From positions 65,224,001 through 65,288,000 of the forward strand of contig OX597815.1 of assembly GCA_951406725.2 (NCBI GenBank): a stretch of 64,000 nucleotides of DNA, read 5' to 3'. Below the pieces are notes generated by a model that was given only the letters and a program-made list of their open reading frames with translations, was not told the DNA's origin and did no database searches. A program made the translations under genes and the position numbers. The stretch's first letter is position 1, and every line of letters begins with the position of its first letter. Source of the stretch: Octopus vulgaris (taxonomy: Eukaryota). Below are positions 38,575-53,150 of this stretch, in pieces.

Positions 38575-39406
38575 ATGTATGTATGTATGTATGTATGTAA
38601 GTATGTATGTATGTATGTATGTGTATGTATATATATATATATGTGTGTGTGTATATATATGTATGTATATGTATGTATGTTTGTATGTATATATATGTAT
38701 GTATATGTATGTATGTATGTATGTATGCATGTGTGTGTGTGTGCTTATATGTATATATTAATATTTATACATACACACATAATACAAACATATAGGTGAA
38801 GGTGTCACATAAAAAGCACCCAGTACACTGTGTGGTGTGGTTGGCATTAGGAAGGGCATCCAGCTGTAGAAACCAAGCCAAAACAGACACTATGGAACCC
38901 AGTGTGGACCCTGGCCTTACCAGTTCCTGCCAAGCCATCCAACCCATGCCAGGATGGTAAACAGACATTAAATGTTGTTGTTGTTGATGATGATGATGAT
39001 GATGATGTTGTCACAATGTTATAGTTTCTGATAAAGTATTTAAAATAATTCTGAAATTCAAATATTTACACTGCCATCCCTTTCCTGTCTTTTACTAGCT
39101 GTTTTCCTTCCATGTTAACATAGATAGGACTTTTTTGTAGAGTTTAAGGGATTAGTACTGTTGTATTCCCTTCATTTTATTACACAGTATAGTGATTTCC
39201 GTGTTTGTTGGGTTTTTTTTTTAGACCAGGCTATGAGGTTTTAAATTTTGTCACAAGGTCCGTAACTCCAGAGGAGGGGGTTTAGTCAATTACATCAATC
39301 CCAGTGTTTAACTGGTACTTATTTTAATCAACCCCAAAAGGATGAAAGGCAAAGTCAGCCCCAACAAAATTTGGACTCAATTTATAAAGACAGACAAAAT
39401 GCCATT

Positions 39407-40304
39407 CATCATCATCATTGTTCAACCGTGGTCGAGACAATGGAATTTACTATGTTACGCCAGACTTCACGGTCCATCATAGCATTACGGAGGTCCTGTT
39501 GCTGGATGCCTGTATCCCTGGAGATTACATCAGGGTAGGAGAGTGTGCGCCCTCTGGTATTGCGAGTAGATGGCTTCCAGAGGAGAAGAGTAGAAATTAC
39601 TTCTTTTTCAGCTCTACAACAATGTCCAGCAAACTGGACTCTCCTACCTTTTACAAGAGATGACACAGGTGGTAATTTCCCATATATTTGCATTTTGGTT
39701 GGATGGCGCTTCCACAAGAGATTTTGAGCTCTCATAAGGAGGCGAGTGTAGGTTCCATCCAACCGCCTCTCAAGCTTCTTTGATAACGTCCAGGTTTCTG
39801 AGCCATATAGTAGAATTGGTTCGACTGTGGCTTTGAATATTTCAAGTTTGAAGTCTCTACTTAGATTTGATGACCAGATCTTATGCATGTCATTACAGGC
39901 TGACCAGGCCATACCCTTTCTAGTTAGAAAGTCTTTTCCAGATGATGATATGTATGACCCAAGATATTTATAATCAGTAACCATATTTAAAGGCGCACTG
40001 TTGAGAGTGTGGATGATGCAATCACTGTTGGACAGGCACTTGTTTATGTATTCAGTTTTGGCCTCATTGAGGTAAAGACCTACACAATTTGAGGCTTGTT
40101 CAAGAGATTGTAAAAGAGACTGGGCATTGGAGAGAGAATCACTGATAAGAGCGATGTCGTCAGCAAAGTCAGTGTCTGTCAAGTACTCAGCTGGGTGTCT
40201 GGAACTTCTTCTTGGTTTTATTTCAAAGCCCTTGTCAGAGATGGTATCAACTGACATACGTAGCACATAATCAACAACAATGATGAAAAGAAATGGAGCG
40301 AGGT
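39407..40304 (-). mobile_element. Young 5'-truncated RTE/RTEX-type LINE (RT C-terminal half, open frame) inserted into a SINE B
   Basis: Uninterrupted ORF with LAPFLFIIVVDYVLR, DTDFADDIAL, YKYLGS, VEPILLYGSETW, FAGHCCR. (GAT)n tail. Exact 11-bp TSD AAAATGCCATT at 39396-39406 and 40305-40315. Confidence 0.93.
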
Positions 40305-43300
40305 AAAATGCCATTAAGCATTTTACCTGCTGTGCTAACGATTCTGCCAGCTCACCACTTTAGATCAAGCTATATGGTTAAAAAGCTTCCTTTGCAACCA
40401 TGTGTTTCAGGTTCAGTCCCACTCTATTACACCTTGGGTAAATGTCTTCTACAATAACCCCAGGTGCCATATAAGAATTTGAGAGATAGAAGCTGAAAGA
40501 AGCCAGTTGTGTGTGTGTGTGCGCACACATGCGTGTGTGTGTGTGTGTGTATGGTTCTTTGTGTTTGTGCTTGTACCCTACCACTACCTGACAACTAGTG
40601 TTGGTTTGTTTACATTCTCACAACTTAGCAGTTCAGCAAAATAAACCAATAAAATAAGTAGCAAACTTAAAAAGAAATGCTGTGGTCAGCTAAGCCCTTC
40701 AAGGCTGTGCCCCATGTTAGTCACAGACCAATAACTGAAACAAGTAAAAGATTAACAGATAAAAGATGCCTCTCTACCTCACTGGTCACAATGCACTTCC
40801 ATTCTTTCTTTGATTGTGTCCTTCTTTACTGGTTGAGTCTGAATTGCTTGTCTGTCATCTTACTATTATTTTGGATGTCTTATGAGTGGTATCTTCTGAT
40901 CTTCTGGATATCATTTGACAACTATACAGGCCTACCTCTAATCTGTAAACCTTGTAATATATCCAGCCCAGTAGAACTTGAGCTTTCAGTATCTCCATGT
41001 AAAATGTTGAAACAAAATAACTGAGAACTGCAAATACCTAAGTTAGTAGAATATTACAGACCCCCTTTGGTCATGAAAGACCATGGGACTGTATTTAGAA
41101 AGTTTCACTCCGAGGCACAAGTCCAGGCAAGGTTGTTTATGGAAGACCAGCAATTGCTCATGTATACTAGCCTCCCCTCTTCATGCTACCGATGTTATCC
41201 AAGGTAAAGGCAAAGGTTTATACAGCTTGGCACAAATGACGCTGCAACTTGTTTCTACAGCTGAGTGAACTGGAGCATCATGAAATAAAGTATCTTGCTC
41301 AAGAACACAACACACAGTCCAGCATAGGAATCAAACTTACTACCTCATGACTGTGAGCCCGACACTCTAACCACTGAGCCATGCACCTTTAGAGACCCAA
41401 TTAAAGGGTCAGCAATGTGTGCCCCATCATGAGCACTGCATTTTATGGTGAATGGTGGTTATATGTCACAGAACAAGACACTGTTGGGATATTTGTTTGC
41501 TTGTAATACTAAGTCTAAGGGATTTGTCTTTCACCACCCCCACTCACTGGTGGCAAATAGAAGAAAAGCCATGACCAAGTAGTGCTATGATGGTGTATGA
41601 AAGGGAAAAATACAAATAAGTATTGCAATGCTACAAACTTGATCAATTGATAAGATGAATATAAATGTGCAGGTGTTCTAGAAAGAAGCCTGGTTTGGGG
41701 CATTACAAGAACCAACTTGAAACAGAAAAAGGAAATAATCTCTCAGATGTGACCCAATGCACTTAGAGTTATTACATTTGTGAGATCACACAAGAGAACA
41801 CATACTATTCTATCTCCTCAAATTCTTAGCTTCTATAATTTATTTCTACTGTTCAACTGATCTATTACAGGCCGCACATGGTTTATACACAATCATGTGA
41901 AGGTGAGTGACCTTGTAGGCTTATAATTGTGATGTAGACCAATGTCAGCAGCAATTTGTTTTTTATTTTCTTTTTTTTCTTCAAAACGTTTATTTCCTTC
42001 ATTTTCAAAGAGTTTGGCTCCCTGGTGAACTAGTTTTCTCTCCTTAAGATGGTCTATCACCAGTTCTTCCTTTTCATTTCACCCTAACAATGTCTCAGAA
42101 CTTCAGATTCTCTTTTAACAGATCTTTAAAGTATTTCTTCAGCTGACCTTTTGATTGCTTTCTTTCATTCAGTTGGTAATAGAAAGCATGTTTTTGAAGC
42201 TGATTACGAATCATTTAGCTGAGATGAACTCCCACCCCACCACCACACCTGAATTGGTTTATGATGACAATTTCTTCAATATTGGTTGTTTTAGCTTCAT
42301 TGATCTTCATTGATCTTCATTCAGTCATTGTCCCAGCTGATTTCAATGCTTCTAAGGCGTTGATAATGAAAATGTTCTAAGTTTTCAGGTTGTCCATAAT
42401 TTCAGTCTAGAAAGGGATTCTGACAATTACAGACGTGTAGTCAGTCATTTTTGCATCATCTTTGAGATTTGGTTCTTGTATACTCATGCCCAAAAGTGAC
42501 CAAAAGCTACTCCAGCACAATAACGTTTGTACAGGATCTCATCAACAATGTCAACCTTCTAAATATATTCTACAAATTAGTTGAGCTCATTATTGTAAAT
42601 TTCAGTGGTATTTTATAATAGAGAATCTCCTTTACTCCACCCAAGACCACTCCTAGCTTGATGATGTACACTTCCTGTTTTAAAATCATCTAAATGAAAG
42701 CTTCCTATCCAAAATTTCATGGCCATTCATATTCAAAATACCAGCTTAATAATGACAAATTTATAAAATAAAATTCTTCATTATTTCCAAATTTAATTGA
42801 AAAATGCAGTGTAGTTCTTCAACAGAAATATGGCAACAAATCAGTTTATCAATTTTCTTACATTTTCCTTTTCTTTTGTGGGGTGGTTTAAGTTGGTTTT
42901 ATATCCAAGTAGGGAAGGTCTCAGTGCATTTTGAACCAAATACTCCTATTGTTAGATGTCCTTTGAAGAAAATCAGCTCTGAAGAAAATACAAACAGTGA
43001 GCACAATCTAAAGGTATGTGCCAATCAGACAATTTCCCAGAAGCCCCATGGGCCTAAGAGGGTTCCAATGCTAATCTATGTATGCAGTGGCTGCATATGT
43101 TGCTATATTGCTAAGCTGAAGGGCCTATAATGCCATCAAAATGACCCTGAGGGCAGTATCTCTTTTTTTAGTTTCTCAGACTGAGGTCAATAGATTAATG
43201 TAATTTGATTATGGTTGTAATAAAATATTTAATTTGTAACCAATTATAATCATCAACAGACCACCTTGGCTCCACAGAATTTATTCTTTTTTGATCGTTT

Positions 43301-43446
43301 TATGAAACCAGAGTAACAAAATAAATGTTAATGTAAATATTAAAATATATTTTGCCTCCGAAGATAAGGTTAATAATCTGAAAAAATAATAATTGTAAAA
43401 ACAAAATTTTGGTTGCAAAGAATGACATACATTTAAAAAATTAATA

Positions 43447-43490
<44 letters not shown>

Positions 43491-44759
43491 TCATGTGTGC
43501 ATGCATATGTATGTGTGTGAGTGACTGTGTGAGTGTGTATGTGCATGTGTGTGCATTAATGTGTGTCACAAATAAATGAGTTGACTGGTCGGTGAGTACC
43601 AATGTTGAAAATTTATCAATGTGGTCCTAGTGTTAACATGGACCAGGTATCTAAATATTTAATGGCTCAGCATGTACTGTCTGCTTGCCAGTCAGTAAAG
43701 CTAAATGCTTTCAGCTTGAAGTAGCAGTAGTAGTCCTGTAAAACCGACAAATGTTTTTACAAACTGACAGTGAAAGTATACTTTAGAGGGAGATGCAGTG
43801 CTGGATTCTCCCAATGATTAGTACTAGGGTAGGTTTGCCCCAGGTCAGTCCTGATTGAACAGTCTTATTGCTCACAGATAGTTGGCAAGACACAAATCGT
43901 AACCTCTTGATCCATCTATTTCTACTCAATCTCCTCCTAACCAAGGCCTGTACTTTAGTTTCTGACATGCAGTGGGTAAATTGAAAGAGGTGTTGCACAA
44001 CTGTCTTGATATACTTCACTCTCCTGGCTACATAGTCTATTTGGTAAAGTTCATAGTGTTTGGTAGGTGAAATATTAATCTCACAGACAGATCATTAACC
44101 TATCATAGTGATATTACCAGATCTTGTAGCATTTTCGTACATATGATTAGACACATATGATTTAATGTTCTTCGCTGATACATAACAAAACACTTGTAAT
44201 GTAATGTTAGCTGGTCAATCAACATGTTATTTATCAGCAACAGTCCACTTTTTAATAAGAGATGTAAATATGTTACATATTGATTTCAAATATTGATTCA
44301 AAGCCACACATATTAAGGGTAGGAGTAGTTAGTTGAATTGATCCCAGTCTTATTTTATCAAGCTAGAAAAGATGAAAGGCAAAGTTGAACTTGGCAGAAT
44401 TTGAATCTAAAAGAAAATAGAGAAATATAGATTAAAATGAGTGTCATTTAGTTTCAGTAAGAAAATAGTAATAGTTAGCAAATTAACTAGTAAGAAAGTC
44501 TTTGATGAAAGCACAAAGTCAATAATTTTGAAGAGGGGGTGCCTTTGAACCCCCCCCCCCCCTCTCCCTCCGTATTTCACTAGTACATCATTTTATTTTA
44601 TATATAATGTTCATCCTGCAAGATTTGAACTTAGAATGTAAAAAGCTAGAACAAATAACACAATGCCTTTTTTTTCCAGAGCTCTAATGATTCTGCCAGC
44701 TCTGCATTGTTAACAGCTTCTTCATCTTTTAAAAATACAATGCTTCTAAACAATTTTAC

Positions 44760-44781
44760 AATAATGATAATAATAATAATG

Positions 44782-44848
<67 letters not shown>

Positions 44849-44897
44849 TAATAACAATAATAATAATAATAATAATGACAATAATGACGATAATAAA
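44760..44897. repeat. (AAT)n microsatellite
   Basis: Directly visible. Confidence 0.95.
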
Positions 44898-45069
44898 TTC
44901 TCTGATGCAGTACCAGACAGTGGCTCTCATGGCTCTCTTGGTTTCTAATCTTAACTAACTGGAAGTATTATCATGTACATTGTTTTGTCTTCATATAAAA
45001 GATGAGCTGCAACAAATATTCTGTTCAATACCACAGTAACAATATAAAATTATAACAATGAATAATTTC

Positions 45070-48000
45070 TCAAAAGAGGGCGAGTTCCTTGGGCTGCTCG
45101 TGAGGACCCTACAAAATCACATTCACCCTGACCACTATGGCAAGTGCCCTCTCCACATCAACTTCCTTCAACACATAGGTACCTGCTTAGAGTAGGCCCA
45201 TTCACTTAGGCCATTCTTGCAACATCCACCCAACTTTTAACAAGATTGCTGGGAGGTAACACTTCCCTCTGTACTCTCACTTTCCCTTTCAAGTAAAACT
45301 TAAAATGTTTATGATGGCCTGCCCAAAGAGGAAAGTATCTGTCTTTGGCCCTTTTAATCTGCCCCACCACCACCACCACCACACACACACACACATAACC
45401 ACTTTCACTAAGACCACCAGGCAAAGAGACGCTGTCTGCCCTACCTGGCCAAAGGATGGCAACAGGATGATCTTCACTATAGACTCAGCCAAGAGTCTGA
45501 TCCATCCTACACATGACAGCAGGTGTTCAGTATAGACTCACAAGTCAGTAATGCTCAGGCACTGGACAAGAGCATGCAGGACAGTTTTGTCATTCTGTGT
45601 ACATCTCAGGCAAGCCTGGCTGACAGCAATTCCATGTCTCTACAAGCAGAGTTTTTTCTGAACTGGTCATGCACCCAAGCTGCTCTGCCAGGCTAAGGAT
45701 TTCTGGAAATTATCAATAAGCCCCATCCCTAAAGACCTCAGGAACTGACCAGCCAGTTGATTCTCGTTAATGCCCAGAGGACATCATTATACTTACCCAC
45801 CACTAACCCTCTATAGAATGCCAAAGCAAAGCTTCCACCAACTGCATTGCCTGACTGACAGAGAGCTGTGAGCACCTGACAGCACCCTAGGTGTCAGGTG
45901 CCCTGTCTCGGTCTATTCTTGATCCAGGACTGCAGCCCAGTCAAAAAGACAAGCCTTGGAAAATTCCATCTGACAAACAGTGACCACACCTGCTCACTAT
46001 CAAGGAAATACAGATGTCATAGCCTTAGCACATGCCTTTACATCAGTAGCCATGGCATGCACAGTTCACCGTTCAGCAAGTGTTGACAGTAAATGGTTCA
46101 CCTGGCCAGAGGAACATATCTCTTCCACAGAAAGTAGATGCGTGTGCTCCAATTTGGCCTGACATAAACTGGAGCAAGGCATGATTGTAAGGTGGTAATA
46201 TATGATGGAAGCCATAAAAGCATTCACTACCTTTGCCCAATATTTTAGTGATAGCTTTCTCTTTGCCCACTTCTGGGTGAGATTGGCAACCCTGCTCATC
46301 ACCATGTCCGAGTTCCCCTCTACCTGGTGATCCAGATGAAACCAGACCCCAAGCAATTTAACCAGTCCGTCTGTCCAGCATTCCACAACATTATTAGACA
46401 ACATGAACCTGCCTTTCCAGGTGCTGAGCTGCAACCCCACTAACCTTTCTTGATTAATTTTTGCTCCTGTCACTACCTTGTATTCTTTTATTGCAGTGCT
46501 GACCAGATCTATATGCTTGGTATTCAATACTATGATAGTGATGTCATCTGCATATGACAACACAGTTCTCCTATGTCCTAATTCATGCAAGATGCCTCTC
46601 AATACCTCCTATTTCTGTAGCAGTGACTCTAGGGTCAGTACATACAGAAGAGACAAGAGCAGTCTCCTTTGACAAACAAAGCACATGATACTGAATAGTC
46701 CTTATAAGTAGCCATTCACCTGAACTGCCAAGCAGATGTTGCTATACATTGTAGTAATCCATCTACAGAAAACGGGACTGAAACCTGCTGCTGTGAGAAC
46801 AGCCACTAAGTATTGGTGATCAACTCTATAGAAAGCTTTAGATTGATCCAAATTGATCAGGGCCCCACCATATCAGTTTTCTTACCCACCTTATCAATGA
46901 TATATAGCATGAGGTGGAGGTTGCTATGGATAGATTTGCTTGGGATGGCACATTTTTGTGCATCACCAATCAGATCCTCCCTGACAAGTGCCAATCTCTT
47001 TTTAATACCTTATTTTGAAATCTGTGTTCAGCAGCATTATGGGCCTAAAATTTTCTATTTAATCCCTTTTCATTGAGTCATTTCTCAGTAGATCCACTGC
47101 TCCTCAACTCACAGAACTAGGAATTCTCCTGTTCTGCTGCTGTTTGTAGACGATATCTGTTAAGAGGTCAAATATAAAAGTAAAGAACTTAGGGTAGACC
47201 ATCCACACCAGGTGATTTTTTCCCCTTGCAGCCCATCATCACATTCTGTATTTCTGCTGCTATTATCAACATTTTGCAATGTTCTGCACCCTCTTGCCAT
47301 CCATCTGAAGTTCATCTGTGTTCTGGCCTGCCATTTGTCTCAAACAGTTGGGCAAAGTGCTGCTGAAATTCCACATACATCTTCTAGGTCTGCTGAAATT
47401 CCACCAAAGACTGAACTCTGGCTCTGTTATCACATCATGCTTCTGCCTCTTGGGTCCATCAAATGGCTTTCATTCCCTCGTTTCTTAGAACATACATCTT
47501 ACCTTTGACAATGTATCTTTCATACTGAGTATTGGAGGATGAGTCCACGTCCAATATCACTGGAGTACATTGATTGCAATGCTTTTCCTAAGCACCTTTC
47601 CTAAGTTTCTAAGTTACCCCTTTATTCCATTTCTTTCTATTGCTAATGCCTTACTAAACCGAATCAATTCTACTCTAATCGCCCTTTTCAGGGCAAGCTA
47701 CCATTTGTTGTTGATGATTAGCACCATCAATGTCTGCTTAACTAATTCGCTTATCTGGTCTCTGCAAGCTTAGCATGCCAGGAGTGATGCATTCAGTGTC
47801 CAGTAACCAGGTCCCTGCCTGTGGAGCCTAAGTTGACCATGCAGATCACAACTTTGTGGTCTGTGTAGCCAACAATTTTAAAAAGTGGACAGCTTATACT
47901 ATCCTTATCTACTGGTCTATAAAATACTCTATGTAAATACAACATAGATGACCTGATGCAGTTCATCCATGGTACATTTGGGAAATCAAGTCAGGCATAT

Positions 48001-48440
48001 ATTTTCAACTGCTTGTCAGGCAGTTGAAAATATGCATCCAAGATGGTGTTCCAGTTACCCATTAGCACTAAAGGTTGAGATGTTTCCAGGAAAACCTCCA
48101 GACATTTGAAGAAAACTGGGTGTCCTGCTCCTGTCAGAGTACAAACAGTCATCAGTCTGAAGGCTTCCCCATTGCAACTGTTTACATCCAGGACCACCAA
48201 CTTACCTTATAGGTCCAGTAAGATAGCTCTTATCTGCAGATCTAGACCTCTCTGGAACAGTACCACAGTTCCACCCACCATTTCTAGTTGACATGAATAT
48301 AAGTAAATCTCATATCCACCAAAAATAAGCATGAAAGCTTGTCGGTAAGATAGCTACTACATCTAAACTTAGTGACCTGAGGTCATTGAGTAGGTGATCC
48401 TGTTTTCAAGGTGACCCTAGGCCATGTGCCTGTTCAGAGC
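45070..48440 (-). mobile_element. Tx1/L1-clade LINE ORF2 (APE endonuclease + RT), heavily decayed
   Basis: EN-like LVVLDV..., LVLMGNWNTILD and TDHK. RT-like LDQSKAFYRVDHQYL, YADDITIIV, KLLGVWF, WAKRKLSL. Multiple frameshifts. Confidence 0.8.
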
Positions 48441-48559
48441 AGTGCAGTGCAAGTCAGAAGGAAGGAGAATGAAAAGAGTCACTTACCCTATATTTGTAGA
48501 TTGACAGATGTTCTCTCGTTCTGACTATTTATGGGTGTCTCCACACACATTTCTTTGAA

Positions 48560-49160
48560 GAGCCTTTTATTTATGGGGAAGTGTGAGAGATGAATGTAAA
48601 CAGAGAGGAGGTGGCCAGAGGTATATAGGAGGTAGATATAGCAAGTGGTGAACAAAGATTGGGTTGATCAATGGTAAATTTGAGTTAGAAGATAATAAGA
48701 ATGATATACAAATGTCAACTGAGACTAACTCAGAAGGAGTGGGAGTGATTATTGGCAGTTCAGAAATCGTGATATGATATGGTTTGTAGTAACATTTTCT
48801 AATTTCATTACTCACAACAGCAAAAATCATACAGTAGACAAGGGAATGATGGAGAGACTGAGTGGTAGAGAAATGAGGGACAGGGTTAAAGATTGCAAGA
48901 GATTGGGCGAGGCGTGTAAGACGAATAAAATAAGGATGGATGATCATAAAAGTGATGGTACATATAAGTGTGGGAGTGGCAATGGTGAGGATGAGGGATG
49001 GATTGTCAATAGGAAGTGGTTTGAGGGCAGGACCCTGTTGTCTAGGTAGAGGGTAGAAGAAGGGAAAAATGCAGTCATGCACTTGACAGGGACATTGAAT
49101 ATAGGACTTGGCAGTGTGCATAATGTGCATACACATGTTTCCACAATCTAAGTCGTGGGC
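48560..49160 (-). mobile_element. Possible old Penelope-like 3' fragment
   Basis: Pyrimidine-rich minus strand and weak resemblance to the region around the GIY-YIG domain of 3382-6068. No clean motif. Confidence 0.3.
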
Positions 49161-49581
49161 ATATACATTATGCCTTTAGATCTTCTGTCATGCTATGCTA
49201 GCATAGCTGGACAGGTTTTAATGAAAACTACATATCATCAATCATAAATGGTCATTTGTAATCTTCTCTTGAGGCTCAACATCCTGAGATCATTCTTCAC
49301 AACCTCATTCCACTTTTGACTCAGTTCTCCTCTTTGAAAGGCTCCAGCTAACATAAGTGACAGGTATCTCTTTACAGAGCCTCATCTATAAATATCATAT
49401 AACTATACCAAAGCAGTTTCTCTCTTGTACACAACATCTGATTCCTTTTACACCCATTTTTCCACTCAACCCACTTGTACTGTCATTTGCACATCCAGCT
49501 GAACATGCTTGTTTCAACACACACACACATGTGCGCATGTGCACTGCATGCACACATATATGTATGTATGGATGTATGTAA

Positions 49582-49622
<41 letters not shown>

Positions 49623-49627
<5 letters not shown>

Positions 49628-50503
49628 GATGTAATGAATAAATTGTCATCTAAATTATGCAAAAATAAAAATAACACTGACATCTCATTTTAACAGATAT
49701 GTTTACTAAATTACATAAAAAATATCTTGAAATACTAAAGAGTAAATTTATTCAGTAAAATCGCCATTGGCTTCAACTGTGACCTCCAGACGACTTCAGA
49801 ATCTCCTGTAACTCTTCTGGATCGCCTTCTTCTTTAAGATGGTGAATGTTGCCACAATCTTTGCCTTCAGTTCATCTTTGGTGTTACAAGGAGTTTTGTT
49901 GGTCACTTGCTCAACTGTACCACATACATGATACACAAGGGGGTGGCAGTCTAGGGAGATAGGTGGCCAGATGTTAGGGGTGATGTAGTCGCAGAAATTG
50001 TCTGACAGCCATGACTGGGTTCTTCTGCTTGTGTGGCATGATGCTGAGTCCTGTAGCCAGACATAGGGTCTTCCAGCAATCACCCTCTTGACCCAGGGTA
50101 GTACTATCTCCTGCAGGCACTTGATGTAGGCCAACACGTTGAGTGTGAGGCCATATGAGAAGATGAATGGAGACATAATGTCGCTGTCACTAGTGATCAC
50201 TACAAACATCATGATGTTGACTGGATGTTTGATTTTTATCACTCTTGGTACATGGCCTCAGATTGACACTCAAACACTCTGAAATGTTTGTATTGGAGCT
50301 TTCAGCACAAATGCCAAGCAGTGCAGCATGTCATTTTCAAATTTCTGGCAGAGTGGATTGCATCATGGTGCTGTTTTTCTCACAGATGGTGCACAACTGC
50401 ACTGCCCCTATTATACTGTGTAGTCAACAAAATCAAAAACAAACCACGTGCATGTGCAAAATAAAAAATATTGAATGGTGATAATTTATCTGTCACACCC
50501 TGT
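49623..50503 (-). mobile_element. Tc1/mariner-superfamily (maT/DD37D-like) non-autonomous element, copy 2
   Basis: ORF 49796-50242 has KHPVNIMMF, YVWLQDSASCHTSRRTQSWL, WPPISLDCHPL.Y. TIRs TACAGGATGTAATGAATAAATT and ATAATTTATCTGTCACACCCTG. It shares the same internal deletion junction (CAATCTGAGG.CATGTA...TGATAAAAATC) as copy 1. Confidence 0.88.
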
Positions 50504-50635
50504 GTGTGTATATATATATATATATATATACACACAGGGTGCGACAGATAAATTATATATATGTAGAGAGAGAGACAGAGAGAGACAGAGACAGAGAGAG
50601 ATAAATAAATAGACAAATCAACTGACAAACAGAGA

Positions 50636-50650
50636 GACAGACAGACAGAC

Positions 50651-50746
<96 letters not shown>

Positions 50747-50755
50747 TGATAGATA
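50636..50755. repeat. (GACA)n/(GATA)n microsatellite
   Basis: Directly visible. Confidence 0.95.
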
Positions 50756-53113
50756 CTGATAAAGCCAGCCTATAATGATATTGTAAAAAATATTACTTTT
50801 TTCCTTTTATCAAATTATGTCTATTAATGTCTTGTTAACTCACTTCCTAAAAATCAAAAGACAAAAAAAAAAACAGAAAGAAAAAAAATATCCAAATGAT
50901 AATGTTTCTAGGATTGTCTGAGATTAGCCAATGGCAATGGAACTGTTGTGGGTTAATCCTGACACTGTAGAACCAGTGATAAATACTTGAACATAATTAT
51001 GAGAGAGGCATGAAACAAGTAGAAGTTTTCTCAAAGTACTTCCTGCTAATTTTTTTTCCTAGTCTGTCAACTAAACAAGTGCAGATATTTAAGTACCATC
51101 AAAAAGTTTTGGTTTGTTTGTTAAAACAAAGCCAAAAACAGCAACTAATCACCATTTTTCATATCACAAAGTATGAAGAATATTTCGCTTTTGCATTTGG
51201 TTTGCAAGAATCTCAGGGTGAAATCATGTATTGAAACGGATTTTGTTGTATCTTGTGGAGGCAGGGGTCATAATAATAAAGGAATTATATCCAAAAGATG
51301 TGAGCTCTTCTCACTCTTTTCACTCTGTCCACATATGACAAAAGATGGATATGCTTAAAAACGATTATCTCCCCCTGAGCAGTAAATCTCTTTCATTCTG
51401 TCTCTATCATGGTATATACTGTTTCCTGTAAGACCACCATGTAAATTACAATTATTGTATGTATGTATGTAATATTTTTTGATATTATTCTTTTCCTTCG
51501 TATCATCCATTCAACACTTATTCTTCATCTATTACATTTAGTTCCTCACCCTTTCCTCCTCTCTCATTCTCCCTTATTGCTTCCACACTCCACCCACACT
51601 CCAAATTTTACACCTATTCACTCCTACTCACCTCTTACATTGAGGGTTCACACAGTTACTTCGTCACCATTATTTTTATCCCTTCCAAGCTCCATCCCAA
51701 TCACTCTTACCCTCTCTTCTAAAAGGTGGGTAGCCATGTAGCTCCTATACAGCAGGAAACTTATTCTATTCTGGGCCTTTTCTCATATATTTTAACCCCT
51801 CATTTCCTACCATAACACTGCTTCCCTTGGGGCTCATAGTCTTGCAAGCTGAATTAGTGTTGTTGGCACAAAAAAGAAAAAAAGAACCCACCAACACCAA
51901 GTACACACTGTAAAGTAGTTGGGGTTAGGAAGGGCATCCAGCCGCAGAAATCATGCTAAGTTGACAGTGGGCATAATGCAATACTGTGAGCCATCAGATC
52001 CTGTCAAACCATTTAACCCACCACCACCACCACCACCACCGCCACTACTGTCAATACCACTATCTCCATCACCACCACCACCATTATCATTAAATGGTCT
52101 TCTTGAGACACTTCTGTGGTCTTTGTCCTGTTCTTAACCTTGTTAATCTGTCACAGAGATTACTACCTCCTCACTAAATTAACAACCTCTAAAACAAACC
52201 TTAAATATAGTTTGATTTTATTATTATTTTATTTTATTTCAGTTATTTCCTTTTTATCATCAGACTGGACCAATAGACTGTTCTGTTTCAATATCTATGG
52301 ACCAAAGGCACTTACAACTATCTGTGACATCCACTTCAAGCACAAGCAACTGCCAATGGTATAACCACTTAAGAAGCACTTCTGCTGCTGCTGCTGTTAT
52401 ATTGTTGTGCACTATTCTCTTATAGTTAAAAGATTGTCGTTTTTCTATGTGAGTACAACTAATATATATATATATGTAATATAACTCAACCATAATTATC
52501 AGCAAAAAAAAAAGAAAAAAAAAAGCTTTTACTCAGAATCAAATATAATTTTGTCTTTTACTTGTTTCAGTCATTGGATTGTGGCCATGCTGGAGTACTG
52601 CCTTGGAGAATTTAGATGAACAAATTGATCCCAGTACTTATGTTTTGTTTTTTAAGTTTGGTATTTATTTTATCAGCTTCAGTTGCTGAAATCCTAAGTT
52701 ACAGGGATATAAATAATCATCCACACCAGTTGTCAAGTACTAGTGGGGACAAACACATGCACAAAGCTACATATATACACACACACACACACAATGTAAA
52801 TGTGTGTGTGTGCGTGTGTGATGTGTCTGTGTGTGTATACATACATACGCATATATATATATATATATGTATATCTTTGTCTATGTATATTTATATTTAT
52901 ATATATATGTGTGTGTGCATGCACGTGTAGTATGTTCAGATAGTCTGCTTTCTACTTGTTCAGTGTTCGAGGTATGCCTACCTAGTCAGAGCAGGCATCT
53001 GAACACTACATAAAATATTCTTTAAAACTAATTTTCTAAATTTAATTTTAACTTCATGAAGCTCAATTGAGCATAATTCATATATATTTAGCATTTTATT
53101 TTATGTTTTTTCA

Positions 53114-53150
<37 letters not shown>

